Below are positions 1 to 10,772 of a DNA stretch of 64,000 nt, one piece after another. The first letter of the stretch is position 1. Every line of letters begins with the position of its first letter. Source of the DNA: Thermodesulfobacteriota bacterium (GTDB lineage Bacteria > Desulfobacterota_D > UBA1144 > Nemesobacterales > JAJCZQ01); the NCBI GenBank assembly GCA_965203965.1, contig CBDBDR010000017.1, positions 278,440 through 342,439 of the forward strand, read 5' to 3'. A program made the translations under genes and the position numbers. The notes under the pieces are model-generated. The model worked only from the letters and a program-made list of their open reading frames with translations, did no database searches and was not told where the DNA came from.

Positions 1-78
1 TGATAGAGTGGTCTTTCCAACTCCGTGAGGACCTATTATAGCAATGTTGCGTATTTGCTCTGCGGCGATTTCTGACAT
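1..78 (-). CDS. N-terminal fragment (start codon at 78, continues off the left edge) of a P-loop NTPase; the fragment reads MSEIAAEQIRNIAIIGPHGVGKTTLS
   Basis: Reverse-complement translation gives a start codon followed by a GxxGxGKT Walker-A motif. Family cannot be assigned from 26 aa. Confidence 0.35.
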   Translation of the reverse strand, partial: MSEIAAEQIRNIAIIGPHGVGKTTLS

Positions 79-251
79 TTGTAACCCTGTTCTAAAGAGA
101 CCTTGCTCTTATTATAGAATTTGGAGGTGTCTGTTGTAAAGCTATTTTTTAAAATTTTGGTTAAAGCTAAGTTGTAATAGCTTTAACCAAAGTCTAAAGA
201 ACAGTACTATTTAAATCTGGAGCAGTGCGATATAAATCTGGCGATCAAAGA

Positions 252-1148
252 TTATTTCCCAAGTACCGTATCCAGATTTATGAGGGGTACTCCTTCGGCT
301 CCAGAAAATCTTGGCAATACTCCATCCCATTTCTCAGCTATTCTGAGTTGGATAAGTTCGGGGTTGTTTTTAAGTGCTTTTGCCTCTCTGCTGATTGCAT
401 CTGCCCGTGCTTTTGAGCCAACTTCAATCTCATAAGCCTCTGCGTCTGCGGCGAGTTTTCTTTCTGCAGCTCCAGCCTCAGCCTGAGTTACTCTTCTGGT
501 TTTTTCATTTTTTGCTTGTAGGGCTTCCTGTTCTGCTCTTACTTTCAACTCAATTGCCTTGTTGAATTCATCAGAAAAATCAAAATCAGTAATGGCAACA
601 TTTGCAATTCTCAGGGAGTTAGTAACTCCTTTTTCTTCGAGGGTTATGTTAATAAAGTTGTTAATAGCTTCCTGGATTTGCAGTTTTACCTCTGCCCTTT
701 TGGTTACAAGTTGTTCTGCTGTATATTGTGCAGTAATAGCTTTAACGGATTCCTGAATTGCAGGTTCAATAAGCGTTGCTGATACTATATCACGGGTGCC
801 TATTTTCTGGAATGTTAAAGGAGCAATTTCACCCACTAATGAGTATTGAACAGTAACCTGAGTGCTGACAGTTTGCAGGTCTTTTGATGCAGCTCGGGCT
901 TTTGCATTTGCTTTTGTGAGCCTTACATCTATTTGTTCAACTTTATCAATAAATGGTTTTCTAAAATGAAATCCTTCCGGCAATGGTTCAAGTTGCACGG
1001 CTCCAAGTGTTCTGATTACACCCACGTGACCGCTTTCAACGATGACAAATGCGCTTGAGATCATAAAAAACAGTACAATAATGATCATTGGGTATTTAAA
1101 GCTAAAACTTGAAAAAAGATTGTTTACCTTGCTCATAACTACCTCCAA
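252..1148 (-). CDS. SPFH/band-7 (prohibitin/HflK-C-like) membrane protein
   Basis: 298-aa ORF with an N-terminal TM segment followed by an SPFH core and a coiled-coil Ala/Glu/Lys-rich tail (…RAEQEALQAKNEKTRRVTQAEAGAAERK…). Confidence 0.8.
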   Translation of the reverse strand: MEVVMSKVNNLFSSFSFKYPMIIIVLFFMISSAFVIVESGHVGVIRTLGAVQLEPLPEGFHFRKPFIDKVEQIDVRLTKANAKARAASKDLQTVSTQVTVQYSLVGEIAPLTFQKIGTRDIVSATLIEPAIQESVKAITAQYTAEQLVTKRAEVKLQIQEAINNFINITLEEKGVTNSLRIANVAITDFDFSDEFNKAIELKVRAEQEALQAKNEKTRRVTQAEAGAAERKLAADAEAYEIEVGSKARADAISREAKALKNNPELIQLRIAEKWDGVLPRFSGAEGVPLINLDTVLGK

Positions 1149-1259
1149 TTTGCTGAATATTTAGTAAAACTCAACTGACACTGACAGTAAGAACTTAAAA
1201 CCATCCAACTTTTGCTGTGTTATATTTTTATGTAAATTATTAGTTTTATTTTTTCAAAG

Positions 1260-3269
1260 TCAATTTACAGCTATTACTTTCAAGCTAAGTCTTTTCCTCA
1301 AAGGATTAACTTTTTCAACGCTCAATGTAACTTCATCGTATTCTTTCAGATTTTTTATTGAATTATTTACGACAGGCATTTCTCTAAAAAAATCAGGTAG
1401 GTAAACAGATAGGTTTGTCTCATTTGCATAGCTGACAATTCCCTTAATACTTTGCCCAATATTGTTTTCTAAATACTTGTATAGCCAGTATCTCTGCCTG
1501 TTTTTCTGGAGAGGTCTTCTTTCTCTGAAACTTTCTGTTACGGTCGTTATTATTTCAGAAAGTTCCTTGTCATCGTAAGTCCACTCATTACCTTCCAATA
1601 TGCCTATGATTTGTCGCTGGACAACCAGATCAAAATATCTTCTTATGGGTGAAGTAACTTGCACGTATGAGTCAAGTCCGAGTGACCTATGGGGTCCGGG
1701 ATTGGTGCTAGTAATAGATGGTCTCAAATATTTGACGACTTTTATGGAATACAGAGGGTCATTTTCAGATAGCTGTTTTCCCTCCTGTGGTATCTCTTTA
1801 TGCTGAACCCTGAATATTGAAGGCACTTTATGCTCTTTTATGAATTTGGCTGCCAGTTTGTTGGTAAGGATCATAAGCTCGGTGATAATAACATGGGGTA
1901 GGGAGTTCATGTAGTTTTTATAAGTGTTTACATTGCCTTTTTTGTCAATTATGAGCTTGAGTTCAGGTAGATGTAGAATAAAGGCTCCCTTAATGAGTCT
2001 TTTTTTCCTGAGAGAGATTGCTATGTTGGCGAGTTCTCTACCTTCTTTTTCTTTAAGAAGCTCATTTGCCACCTCCATGTATGAAAGATTTTTTGAGATT
2101 GAAATTACTGATTGTATAAACCTGTATTTTTTTATTTCATAAGTTTGCTTATCAAATTCCAGTATAAGAGAAAGTGCCAGTTTTGGCTCTTCTGCAAAAA
2201 GGCTGAATTTTTTTCTTATCAGATCCTGTGGGAATATATCAATGTGTTTATCGGGTATATAGACTGTTTCGCCTTTGGTGCATGCCTCAATATCCAGACT
2301 TGAGCCTTTTTTTATGTAATGGGCAACATTGCAAATGTGAATACCAAGCTCAATTATCTCTTTTTTTATCTCAATGGATATTGCGTCGTCAATATCTTCG
2401 GTATTTTCATCATCAATTGTAAATATTTCTTTGGACGTTAGATCAACGAGATCGTCTTTTTCCAAAGATGTAGACATTATATTCTCGGCTTCATCTAAAG
2501 ATATTTTTGAGAACTTACCAATTTCTTCCAGTTTTTTCAGATCAGGATTTGCATCGGCATCCCATTCACCTAACTTGATCATAAGCTCGGTCGCGTCTTC
2601 AATTGTGCTTATTCCAAGTTGATGAACAAACGATCTCGCTTCCCTGTTTTTCTTATTACCACGGTGTTTTGTAAGAACGTAATGACTTATGAGTTCGTTA
2701 AAGTAAGTTTTGTCAAACTCTGGTTTTTTTATGGATTCAATATCATTATCTTTGATAAAATTTTTAAAATATTTCACCACCGCTGATGTTTCTTCCTTTT
2801 TTCTTTTCTCTTTTTCAATCTCCCACAACTTGTTGTTTACTTCCGACTCTGCAGAAGGAAAGTATGAGTCCTCAATCTTTTTGAAATAGATCTTGTCTTT
2901 ATTCACAGCCCAGTAAATTTTCAGTTTTTCATTGTCGTCAACAATCCCATTGCCATAATAAATCTCAATGAGATCATTAAATGATATTTTTTCCACCGAT
3001 CCGACGACGCGTTTCCATAAAACTTCCAGATCAACTTCATTGCTGATTTCATTAAGTTTATTCCTGTAACCTCTAAGTGTGGATTTTCTATCGGAATTTA
3101 TAATTATTGAGGTTTTCAGTTTAATTTGGTCGAGGTTTATACTGATTTCTCTTCCATCTTCCGATAGCACAACCATATTGTCGTCATTGGCTGAGCATAC
3201 TAAACCAAGCACCGGTTTGTTTTTTTTGGCAAATACAACTAATTCGTTGGATAAGTAAGTAACGTTCAT
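1260..3269 (-). CDS. rnr: RNB-domain 3'-5' exoribonuclease (RNase II / RNase R family)
   Basis: 669 aa. Conserved RNB catalytic motif (…VQVTSPIRRYFDLVVQRQ…) with a C-terminal S1-like region. Confidence 0.8.
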   Translation of the reverse strand: MNVTYLSNELVVFAKKNKPVLGLVCSANDDNMVVLSEDGREISINLDQIKLKTSIIINSDRKSTLRGYRNKLNEISNEVDLEVLWKRVVGSVEKISFNDLIEIYYGNGIVDDNEKLKIYWAVNKDKIYFKKIEDSYFPSAESEVNNKLWEIEKEKRKKEETSAVVKYFKNFIKDNDIESIKKPEFDKTYFNELISHYVLTKHRGNKKNREARSFVHQLGISTIEDATELMIKLGEWDADANPDLKKLEEIGKFSKISLDEAENIMSTSLEKDDLVDLTSKEIFTIDDENTEDIDDAISIEIKKEIIELGIHICNVAHYIKKGSSLDIEACTKGETVYIPDKHIDIFPQDLIRKKFSLFAEEPKLALSLILEFDKQTYEIKKYRFIQSVISISKNLSYMEVANELLKEKEGRELANIAISLRKKRLIKGAFILHLPELKLIIDKKGNVNTYKNYMNSLPHVIITELMILTNKLAAKFIKEHKVPSIFRVQHKEIPQEGKQLSENDPLYSIKVVKYLRPSITSTNPGPHRSLGLDSYVQVTSPIRRYFDLVVQRQIIGILEGNEWTYDDKELSEIITTVTESFRERRPLQKNRQRYWLYKYLENNIGQSIKGIVSYANETNLSVYLPDFFREMPVVNNSIKNLKEYDEVTLSVEKVNPLRKRLSLKVIAVN

Positions 3270-3272
3270 TAG

Positions 3273-4898
<1,626 letters not shown>

Positions 4899-4918
4899 TC
4901 AGGATTTTTGAATTATAT

Positions 4919-5530
4919 TTAATACTGAGTTTCTTTCAATATTGGCTGTGAATTCAGATAATTTGCCAGCTTTTTAGCGGCTATTGATCTGTGACTTATT
5001 TTATTTTTATCCGCAGGATCAAGTTCTGCCATGGTTTTTTGCATTTCTGGCAGGTAAAAAATTGGATCGTAACCAAAGCCATTATTTCCTCTTTTCTCAT
5101 CTATGATGACCCCTTCACAACTTCCTTCAAACAATTTGGTTGTGCCGCTGGGATTTACAAACGCAATCACGCATACAAATTTAGCTTGCCTGTTTTTTAT
5201 TGCCTTGATATTCTTCAGCAACTTGTTCACATTTTCATCATCTGTGCTGTTATTACCGGCGTATCTTGCTGAATAAATACCCGGTTCTCCGTTCAGAGCT
5301 TTGACGACCAATCCCGAGTCATCGGCGATGGTTATTTTGTTAAAAAAAGCTGAAATTATCTCAGCTTTTTTTAGTGCATTTTCTTCAAACGTACTCCCGT
5401 TTTCAATTATTTTGGGTGCTTGGTCAAAATCCAACAGAGATTTAAAGCTGAAGTAATTGCCAAGTAACTCTGAAAATTCAGCGAGCTTTCCCCTGTTTTT
5501 AGTTGCTATTATTATTTCTTTTGACTCCAT
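4919..5530 (-). CDS. rdgB: Non-canonical purine NTP pyrophosphatase (RdgB/HAM1 ITPase)
   Basis: 203 aa. IIIATKNRGKLAEF… and FGYDPIFY motifs typical of the Ham1 family. Confidence 0.9.
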   Translation of the reverse strand: MESKEIIIATKNRGKLAEFSELLGNYFSFKSLLDFDQAPKIIENGSTFEENALKKAEIISAFFNKITIADDSGLVVKALNGEPGIYSARYAGNNSTDDENVNKLLKNIKAIKNRQAKFVCVIAFVNPSGTTKLFEGSCEGVIIDEKRGNNGFGYDPIFYLPEMQKTMAELDPADKNKISHRSIAAKKLANYLNSQPILKETQY

Positions 5531-5639
5531 GATCCGTGTTTACAACTCACAAGGTATCAAAATTGTTTCAGATAACTGTATGGTTCAATCAATATCTTTA
5601 TCTTTAATTATATTATCTGCATTTTGATGTTTTTTATGT

Positions 5640-8324
5640 ATGCTAATGCCATTCGTAGAAAATAAGGAGGATGGCTTGATGGTAATGCATTGTAAAAAAC
5701 TTTTGTTTATTGTATTTAACTTTTTTGTATTTGTCCCGATAGTTTTTGCTCAGAATACAGATAACTCTGAAAATCAAATATTCAGCTTTGACCCTTTGGT
5801 GATAACGGGAAGTAGAACCATTACTGATGATTCAACTTCTCCCGTACCGGTTGACCGCATAGAAAAGGATGAACTTCTCAAAACTGGACATAATGAACTT
5901 GGCAGGGCAATACAAACGTTGATCCCTTCTTTTAATTTTTCAAGTTCCACAATAAGTGATGGAACAGACTCCGTTCGTCCTGCGACTTTGAGAGGGATGG
6001 GGCCTGACCAAGTGCTTCTGTTGATAAATGGAAAACGTCGACATGGTAGTGCACTTATACACGTAAATACTTCAGTTGGGCGTGGTACAGCGGGCTATGA
6101 CATAAACTCCATACCCATAAGTGCAATTGATCGTGTGGAAGTATTAAGAGATGGAGCTTCTGCTTTGTATGGCTCCGATGCAATAGCTGGTGTCATCAAT
6201 ATAATTTTAAAAACTGACTATGAGGGAGCAGTTTATACTTCTTATGGAGAAACTTATGAGGGAGATGGTGCTCAATTTATAACCAGATTGAACAAAGGGT
6301 TCAGTATTGGTGGGGATGGGGTGCTTCACCTTGCAGCAGAGTTTCGTGATAGGCAGAGAACCAACCGTGCTGGGTTGTCAGGAACAATACAATATCCAGA
6401 CTCTACAAGTTTCCCTCTGGATGATAATGATGACAATAACTTTGACCCAGTTTTGAATACCAATCTCATTAATGAGGGATTTAGACCGGGGACAATCGTT
6501 CTGTTGAATGATCCAGACGGTAAAGAAGCGAGTTTTAACCGCCGTAATTTCCGCATTGGGGATGCTGATGCAGAGTATGTAAGCGGTGTGTATAACTTTG
6601 AAAAACCGATCAGTATTGGCTCAGGTGCAAATATATATTCATTTGGTTCTATTTCACGGAAGGAAAGCACAAGTGGAGGTTTTTACAGAAGAGCAAACGA
6701 TGCCCGGAATCCGGGGGCAAGCTATCCGGATGGATTTCTTCCTCTGATTGAAACTACGGTATGGGATTTTTCACTGAATATGGGTGTAGATTATGAATTT
6801 GATAGTGGTCTCAAAGTTGATCTTGGAGTTACACATGGAGGAAATACCTTTAACTTCGGTGTGAAAAACTCCCATAATGCCTCATGGGTCTATCGTAAAC
6901 TCAATCCCGATACCGATTTCACGTTTGGAACCGCCGCGTTTAGAACTGGTACAGATCCTTTCTCAGAAACGGATTTTTCTGGCTCAATTCCAACCTCCGC
7001 AGACTCGGGGGAACTCGCATTATATCTCACCACAGTAAATCTGGATTTTGTAATGCCTATACAGGATTGGCTTAAACTGGCTTGGGGAGGAGAGTACAAA
7101 AGGGACAACTACAAGATAGAAGCAGGGGATCCTTATTCTTATGAGGATTATGATGGAATTACAGAAAGTGGGGCTCCAGGAGGGATACAGGTTTTTCCAG
7201 GATTTCAACCTGAAAACGAAGTAGATGAATCAAGACATGCTTTTGCTCTTTACACTGAAGCAAGTGTAACTCCTTATGAATCATTACTGATAAGTCCTGC
7301 CGTGCGTTACGAAAGATACAGTGATTTTGGTAACAGTTTGAATGGCAAGATAGCGGCAAAGTTAGACGCTTTTGAAATTATTACTTTCAGAGGTTCACTA
7401 AGCAGTGGGTTCAGGGCACCTTCAATGCAGCAGCTTTACTTCAACAACGTAAGCACTCAATTTCTTCCCGTGGGTAACGATCAGGTTCCTTTTGAGGTTG
7501 GAACTTTCAGAAACGACAGTGAAATAGCCAATGCAATTGGGATCCCTGATCTTGATGAAGAAACTTCTGTAAACTGGAGCGGTGGTTTTTTATTTAAACC
7601 CTTTTCTAATTTCTCCATTACCACGGATTTTTACTACATAACCGTAGATAATAGAATTATCCTAAGCGGTCCATTGGAGCCGGGTAATGAGGCTCTTTCA
7701 CAAACCGCGAGAGAGTTTTTTATTGCTAGAGGCATTGGAAGAGCTCAGTTTTTTATGAACGCGGCTGATACAAGGACAAAAGGTGTGGATATAATTTCCG
7801 CTTGGCAAGTCCCGTTTGTTTCCAAAGGGTCATTGAAACTCAAATTTGCTGGGACAATATCAGACACAAAGATCACTTCAGTGAACCTCCCAGTTGGACT
7901 TCCCGATTCGCTTTACACTGATCGGGATCGTTCCATTTTGGAAGAGTGGCAACCAGATAGTAAATTCACACTTTCAGGTAACTACGATATTAATAGATTT
8001 TCATTTTGGTTAGCATTTCATCGTTATGGTGAATACAGAATAACAAATGGGGGTAGACAACAGACTTACGGTGCTAAATATCTGACCGATGCACAAATGA
8101 GCATTGATCTCGGAAGGTTAGGAGCAATAAAATTCGGAGCTAATAACCTATTTGACGTGACGCCTGATAGGAACGAGATAACTATTTCAAACAGAGGCAC
8201 TATAATAGACCCAGAAGGTAACGTAATTGTGGATTCACCCGGTGTTTTCACTTACTCAAGAGGGTCTGCTCCATTTGGATTTAACGGTGGATTTTATTAT
8301 GTCGCTTTTGAGAGAAGTCTGTAA
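5640..8324 (+). CDS. TonB-dependent outer-membrane receptor. The likely true start is the internal Met near 5679 (MVMHCKK…, signal peptide).
   Basis: Signal peptide, plug-domain motifs (…VITGSRT…, …RGMGPDQVLLLINGKR…) and a long beta-barrel with a C-terminal aromatic-rich end. Confidence 0.85.
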   Translation: MLMPFVENKEDGLMVMHCKKLLFIVFNFFVFVPIVFAQNTDNSENQIFSFDPLVITGSRTITDDSTSPVPVDRIEKDELLKTGHNELGRAIQTLIPSFNFSSSTISDGTDSVRPATLRGMGPDQVLLLINGKRRHGSALIHVNTSVGRGTAGYDINSIPISAIDRVEVLRDGASALYGSDAIAGVINIILKTDYEGAVYTSYGETYEGDGAQFITRLNKGFSIGGDGVLHLAAEFRDRQRTNRAGLSGTIQYPDSTSFPLDDNDDNNFDPVLNTNLINEGFRPGTIVLLNDPDGKEASFNRRNFRIGDADAEYVSGVYNFEKPISIGSGANIYSFGSISRKESTSGGFYRRANDARNPGASYPDGFLPLIETTVWDFSLNMGVDYEFDSGLKVDLGVTHGGNTFNFGVKNSHNASWVYRKLNPDTDFTFGTAAFRTGTDPFSETDFSGSIPTSADSGELALYLTTVNLDFVMPIQDWLKLAWGGEYKRDNYKIEAGDPYSYEDYDGITESGAPGGIQVFPGFQPENEVDESRHAFALYTEASVTPYESLLISPAVRYERYSDFGNSLNGKIAAKLDAFEIITFRGSLSSGFRAPSMQQLYFNNVSTQFLPVGNDQVPFEVGTFRNDSEIANAIGIPDLDEETSVNWSGGFLFKPFSNFSITTDFYYITVDNRIILSGPLEPGNEALSQTAREFFIARGIGRAQFFMNAADTRTKGVDIISAWQVPFVSKGSLKLKFAGTISDTKITSVNLPVGLPDSLYTDRDRSILEEWQPDSKFTLSGNYDINRFSFWLAFHRYGEYRITNGGRQQTYGAKYLTDAQMSIDLGRLGAIKFGANNLFDVTPDRNEITISNRGTIIDPEGNVIVDSPGVFTYSRGSAPFGFNGGFYYVAFERSL

Positions 8325-8405
8325 AGGCAGGTAAGGTTTACGGGTCAAAATCCGCACCGTATTTCAGCCTCCACTCAAATTATTTGTTTAGGGTTATAAT
8401 AAAAA

Positions 8406-8437
8406 GGACACACGAGCTAATTGTGTGTCCTTTTAGT
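8406..8437 (+). terminator. Rho-independent terminator after the TonB-dependent receptor gene
   Basis: ggacacac-N9-gtgtgtcc stem followed by ttttagtttt. Confidence 0.5.
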
Positions 8438-8567
8438 TTTTCCTGTGGGTGGGTAAAAAAGTGCGGTGGTGAGGGTGGGTCGGTAAGAATCATATCTGCA
8501 TAATTATCTGAAAACCGTAAAATCTTTATTCTTCCTTGCGAAATTGCGTTCTGATTTCTTTAACATT

Positions 8568-9215
8568 TTATGCTTTTTCAATTTTTTTGTCGGTTCTCAA
8601 GTCAAGGAAATACCAATCATTTATCTTCTCCCATTCAAATTGATAAGAGTTATGTAAAGTCACTCTAATATTTTCTCGCCCTTTGCTGTCATACCAAAAT
8701 TCTTTCCCTTTTTCAGTTATAAATCCATCGTGTGTAGCGAAAACAGTCCCAACACCTTTTTTTGATTGTTTGATATATGGTGTACTATTAGTAATCATAT
8801 AAAATCTTCCAAGTTTAAATTGTCCTTTGGTAATAACCAATTCAAGGGCTTCAATATCAACGTAAGCATCAATTCTTCCATGGTCTTGCGCCCCTTGTTT
8901 TGCTGTCTTAAATTTTAATTCAATAGCGCATTTTATTTGGTCAACGAATTCGCAAGAAATGTCAATGTACTTTGATTTTCCTTTTATGTTGTCACATTTA
9001 GTTTCCAAATCCACTTTGAAAAGGTCTTTTTCAGCGATTGAGTATAGATTTCCAACGTTTCTTATTATTTGGGCGAAATGATGTTGAAAAGGTGCTTCTT
9101 TACTGATTTCGTGTCTGCTGTGAATAAACTGAGATTTAAAGATTTTCCACGACAAGTCTAAAACTTCATTTAGTCGTTTTGGATATTCAAATTCTATAAT
9201 CTCTTCTTCTTTCAT
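8568..9215 (-). CDS. Hypothetical protein with a possible PD-(D/E)xK-like motif (…YIDISCEFVDQIKCAIELKFK…)
   Basis: 215-aa ORF, AT-rich, with no recognisable family. Lies between the receptor terminator and the tmRNA 3' flank. Confidence 0.45.
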   Translation of the reverse strand: MKEEEIIEFEYPKRLNEVLDLSWKIFKSQFIHSRHEISKEAPFQHHFAQIIRNVGNLYSIAEKDLFKVDLETKCDNIKGKSKYIDISCEFVDQIKCAIELKFKTAKQGAQDHGRIDAYVDIEALELVITKGQFKLGRFYMITNSTPYIKQSKKGVGTVFATHDGFITEKGKEFWYDSKGRENIRVTLHNSYQFEWEKINDWYFLDLRTDKKIEKA

Positions 9216-9579
9216 TTTTTACGGCTTGTGCTATCCCCTTCACTAACAGGGACAATATGGGAGGCATCAATTAATTTAAGTTGCGAGTCACATTATAACG
9301 GAATAACTAAAATGGCACAATGGGATAAAAAACTGAAAACTGACTGACCGAGAATTTAAGTAATCTAATCAATTTTTACCTTTTTTCTGCCATAACTTTC
9401 CCTAATTATTATACTTTTTATTTTTGCAGTTTTTGACGCTTATTGCATCTAATTTCTGAACTTGCGGACATTTTAACAAAAAAATCAATGTTAAAATGTT
9501 AAAGGGGAGTTAGGAACTCGTTAAGTATCAACACTATCGCTGTTTTCGGTCATTTTTTGTAAGTGGGAAAATAATCGTT

Positions 9580-9623
9580 TGTTAAACACCGTTTAAATCC
9601 CGTTTAATCCCCATTTAAACTGT
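9580..9623. repeat. Four tandem 11-bp-phased TTTAAA-core repeats (gTTAAAcacc / gTTTAAAtcc / cgTTTAATcc / ccaTTTAAAc)
   Basis: Direct reading of the sequence shows TTAAA cores at 11-bp intervals. A related array lies at 50869-50923. Confidence 0.6.
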
Positions 9624-9708
9624 CAATAATTCCGCCAAAAGACCTCTCTAATCCGCGTTTCTCTGGGGTTTATACTGGAACTTATTTGCTCTTTGCGAGT
9701 GGGGTGGA

Positions 9709-9750
9709 AGGGAAGGGAAAAGGAAAACCCTGCCAATTTTGAGCAGGGTT
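9709..9750 (-). terminator. Rho-independent terminator of ssrA (tmRNA)
   Basis: aaccctgc-N9-gcagggtt hairpin, followed on the minus strand by a T-rich tract (tttccttttcccttccc). Confidence 0.55.
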
Positions 9751-9779
9751 CTAAAGTGGTTGCTACCGAAAGTAGCTTT

Positions 9780-10132
9780 TGGTGGAGGCGCTGGGAATCG
9801 AACCCAGGTCCGCTAAAGAGCCTCACTTAGCTTCTACATGCTTATCCTGCTTATTAAATTTCACAAGGCAAATACCAACAGGCGGGTCTAGCCTTGCAAT
9901 CCCGGTTTTAATCTCGCTGCTTTACCAACCGAGCAAAGTAAATCAGCCAGCCCGTTTTTATTACGCCTCATCAAGAACCACGGGCATGATCCCTGAGAGA
10001 CGTCACAGCATTATTTATGCTGCGAGTGCATTAATTGGTTCGGCACTTATTGTGCGCAATCAGTTTTACGAGTTAATCAGCTCGACATGCAGCTTAAGTT
10101 GTCTCGTTTACCGTCGAAGCCAATACGCCCCC
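9780..10132 (-). ncRNA. ssrA: tmRNA (SsrA), ~353 nt
   Basis: 5' end GGGGGCGUAUUGGCUUCGACGG… and 3' tRNA-like end …GGGUUCGAUUCCCAGCGCCUCCACCA. An internal reading frame ends …NALAA-UAA (candidate tag ~AEPINALAA). It sits immediately downstream of smpB. Confidence 0.9.
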
Positions 10133-10143
10133 TTGTCAAAGAT

Positions 10144-10593
10144 CTATTTTCTACCTATTTTTATTGCTTTTTCCATATCTCGCTTTGCTTCTTTTCTTTT
10201 TATGTCTTCGCGTTTGTCATGCTTTTTTTTGCCTTTTGCCAACCCTATCTCTAATTTTGCTCTTCCGTTGGTAAAATATATTTTTGTAGGTATTAAAGTA
10301 TAACCACGAGTATTTACTTTTCCTATCAGCTTGTTTATCTCCCTTCTGTGTAAAAGGAGTTTTCTCTCCCTTTTTGTATCATGGTTAAAGATATTAGCGC
10401 CGAGGTAAGGTGCAATATAGCTGTTTAATAAAAACACCTCGCCTTTGCGTACCAAACCAAAACTCTCTTTTATGCTCGCACTTCCATTACGAAGAGATTT
10501 AACTTCTGACCCTTTTAGAGCCAATCCTGCTTCAAATTTCTCTTCAAATATGTAATCCCTATGTGCAGTGGGATGTTTGCTGACTATTTTCAT
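10144..10593 (-). CDS. smpB: SsrA-binding protein SmpB
   Basis: 149 aa. Conserved SmpB features with a basic C-terminal tail (KGKKKHDKRED…). Confidence 0.9.
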   Translation of the reverse strand: MKIVSKHPTAHRDYIFEEKFEAGLALKGSEVKSLRNGSASIKESFGLVRKGEVFLLNSYIAPYLGANIFNHDTKRERKLLLHRREINKLIGKVNTRGYTLIPTKIYFTNGRAKLEIGLAKGKKKHDKREDIKRKEAKRDMEKAIKIGRK

Positions 10594-10772
10594 CTTGTTA
10601 ATATAATACCAATGCTTAATTAAACCAGCAGTTCAGTGTGTTCGTATTGGATTAACGGAATTATGGGAAAGGATATTGTTAATTCTGATCTTAATAAAAA
10701 CTTGTCACCATTGCCTGTATGGGACAAACAATGGTGACAATAAATATTTTAAAACTCTAATACTTCATTCAG

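Noticed and set aside
9779-10303. 174-aa plus-strand ORF
   Set aside because: Lies entirely antisense to the tmRNA gene and the smpB 3' end; spurious.
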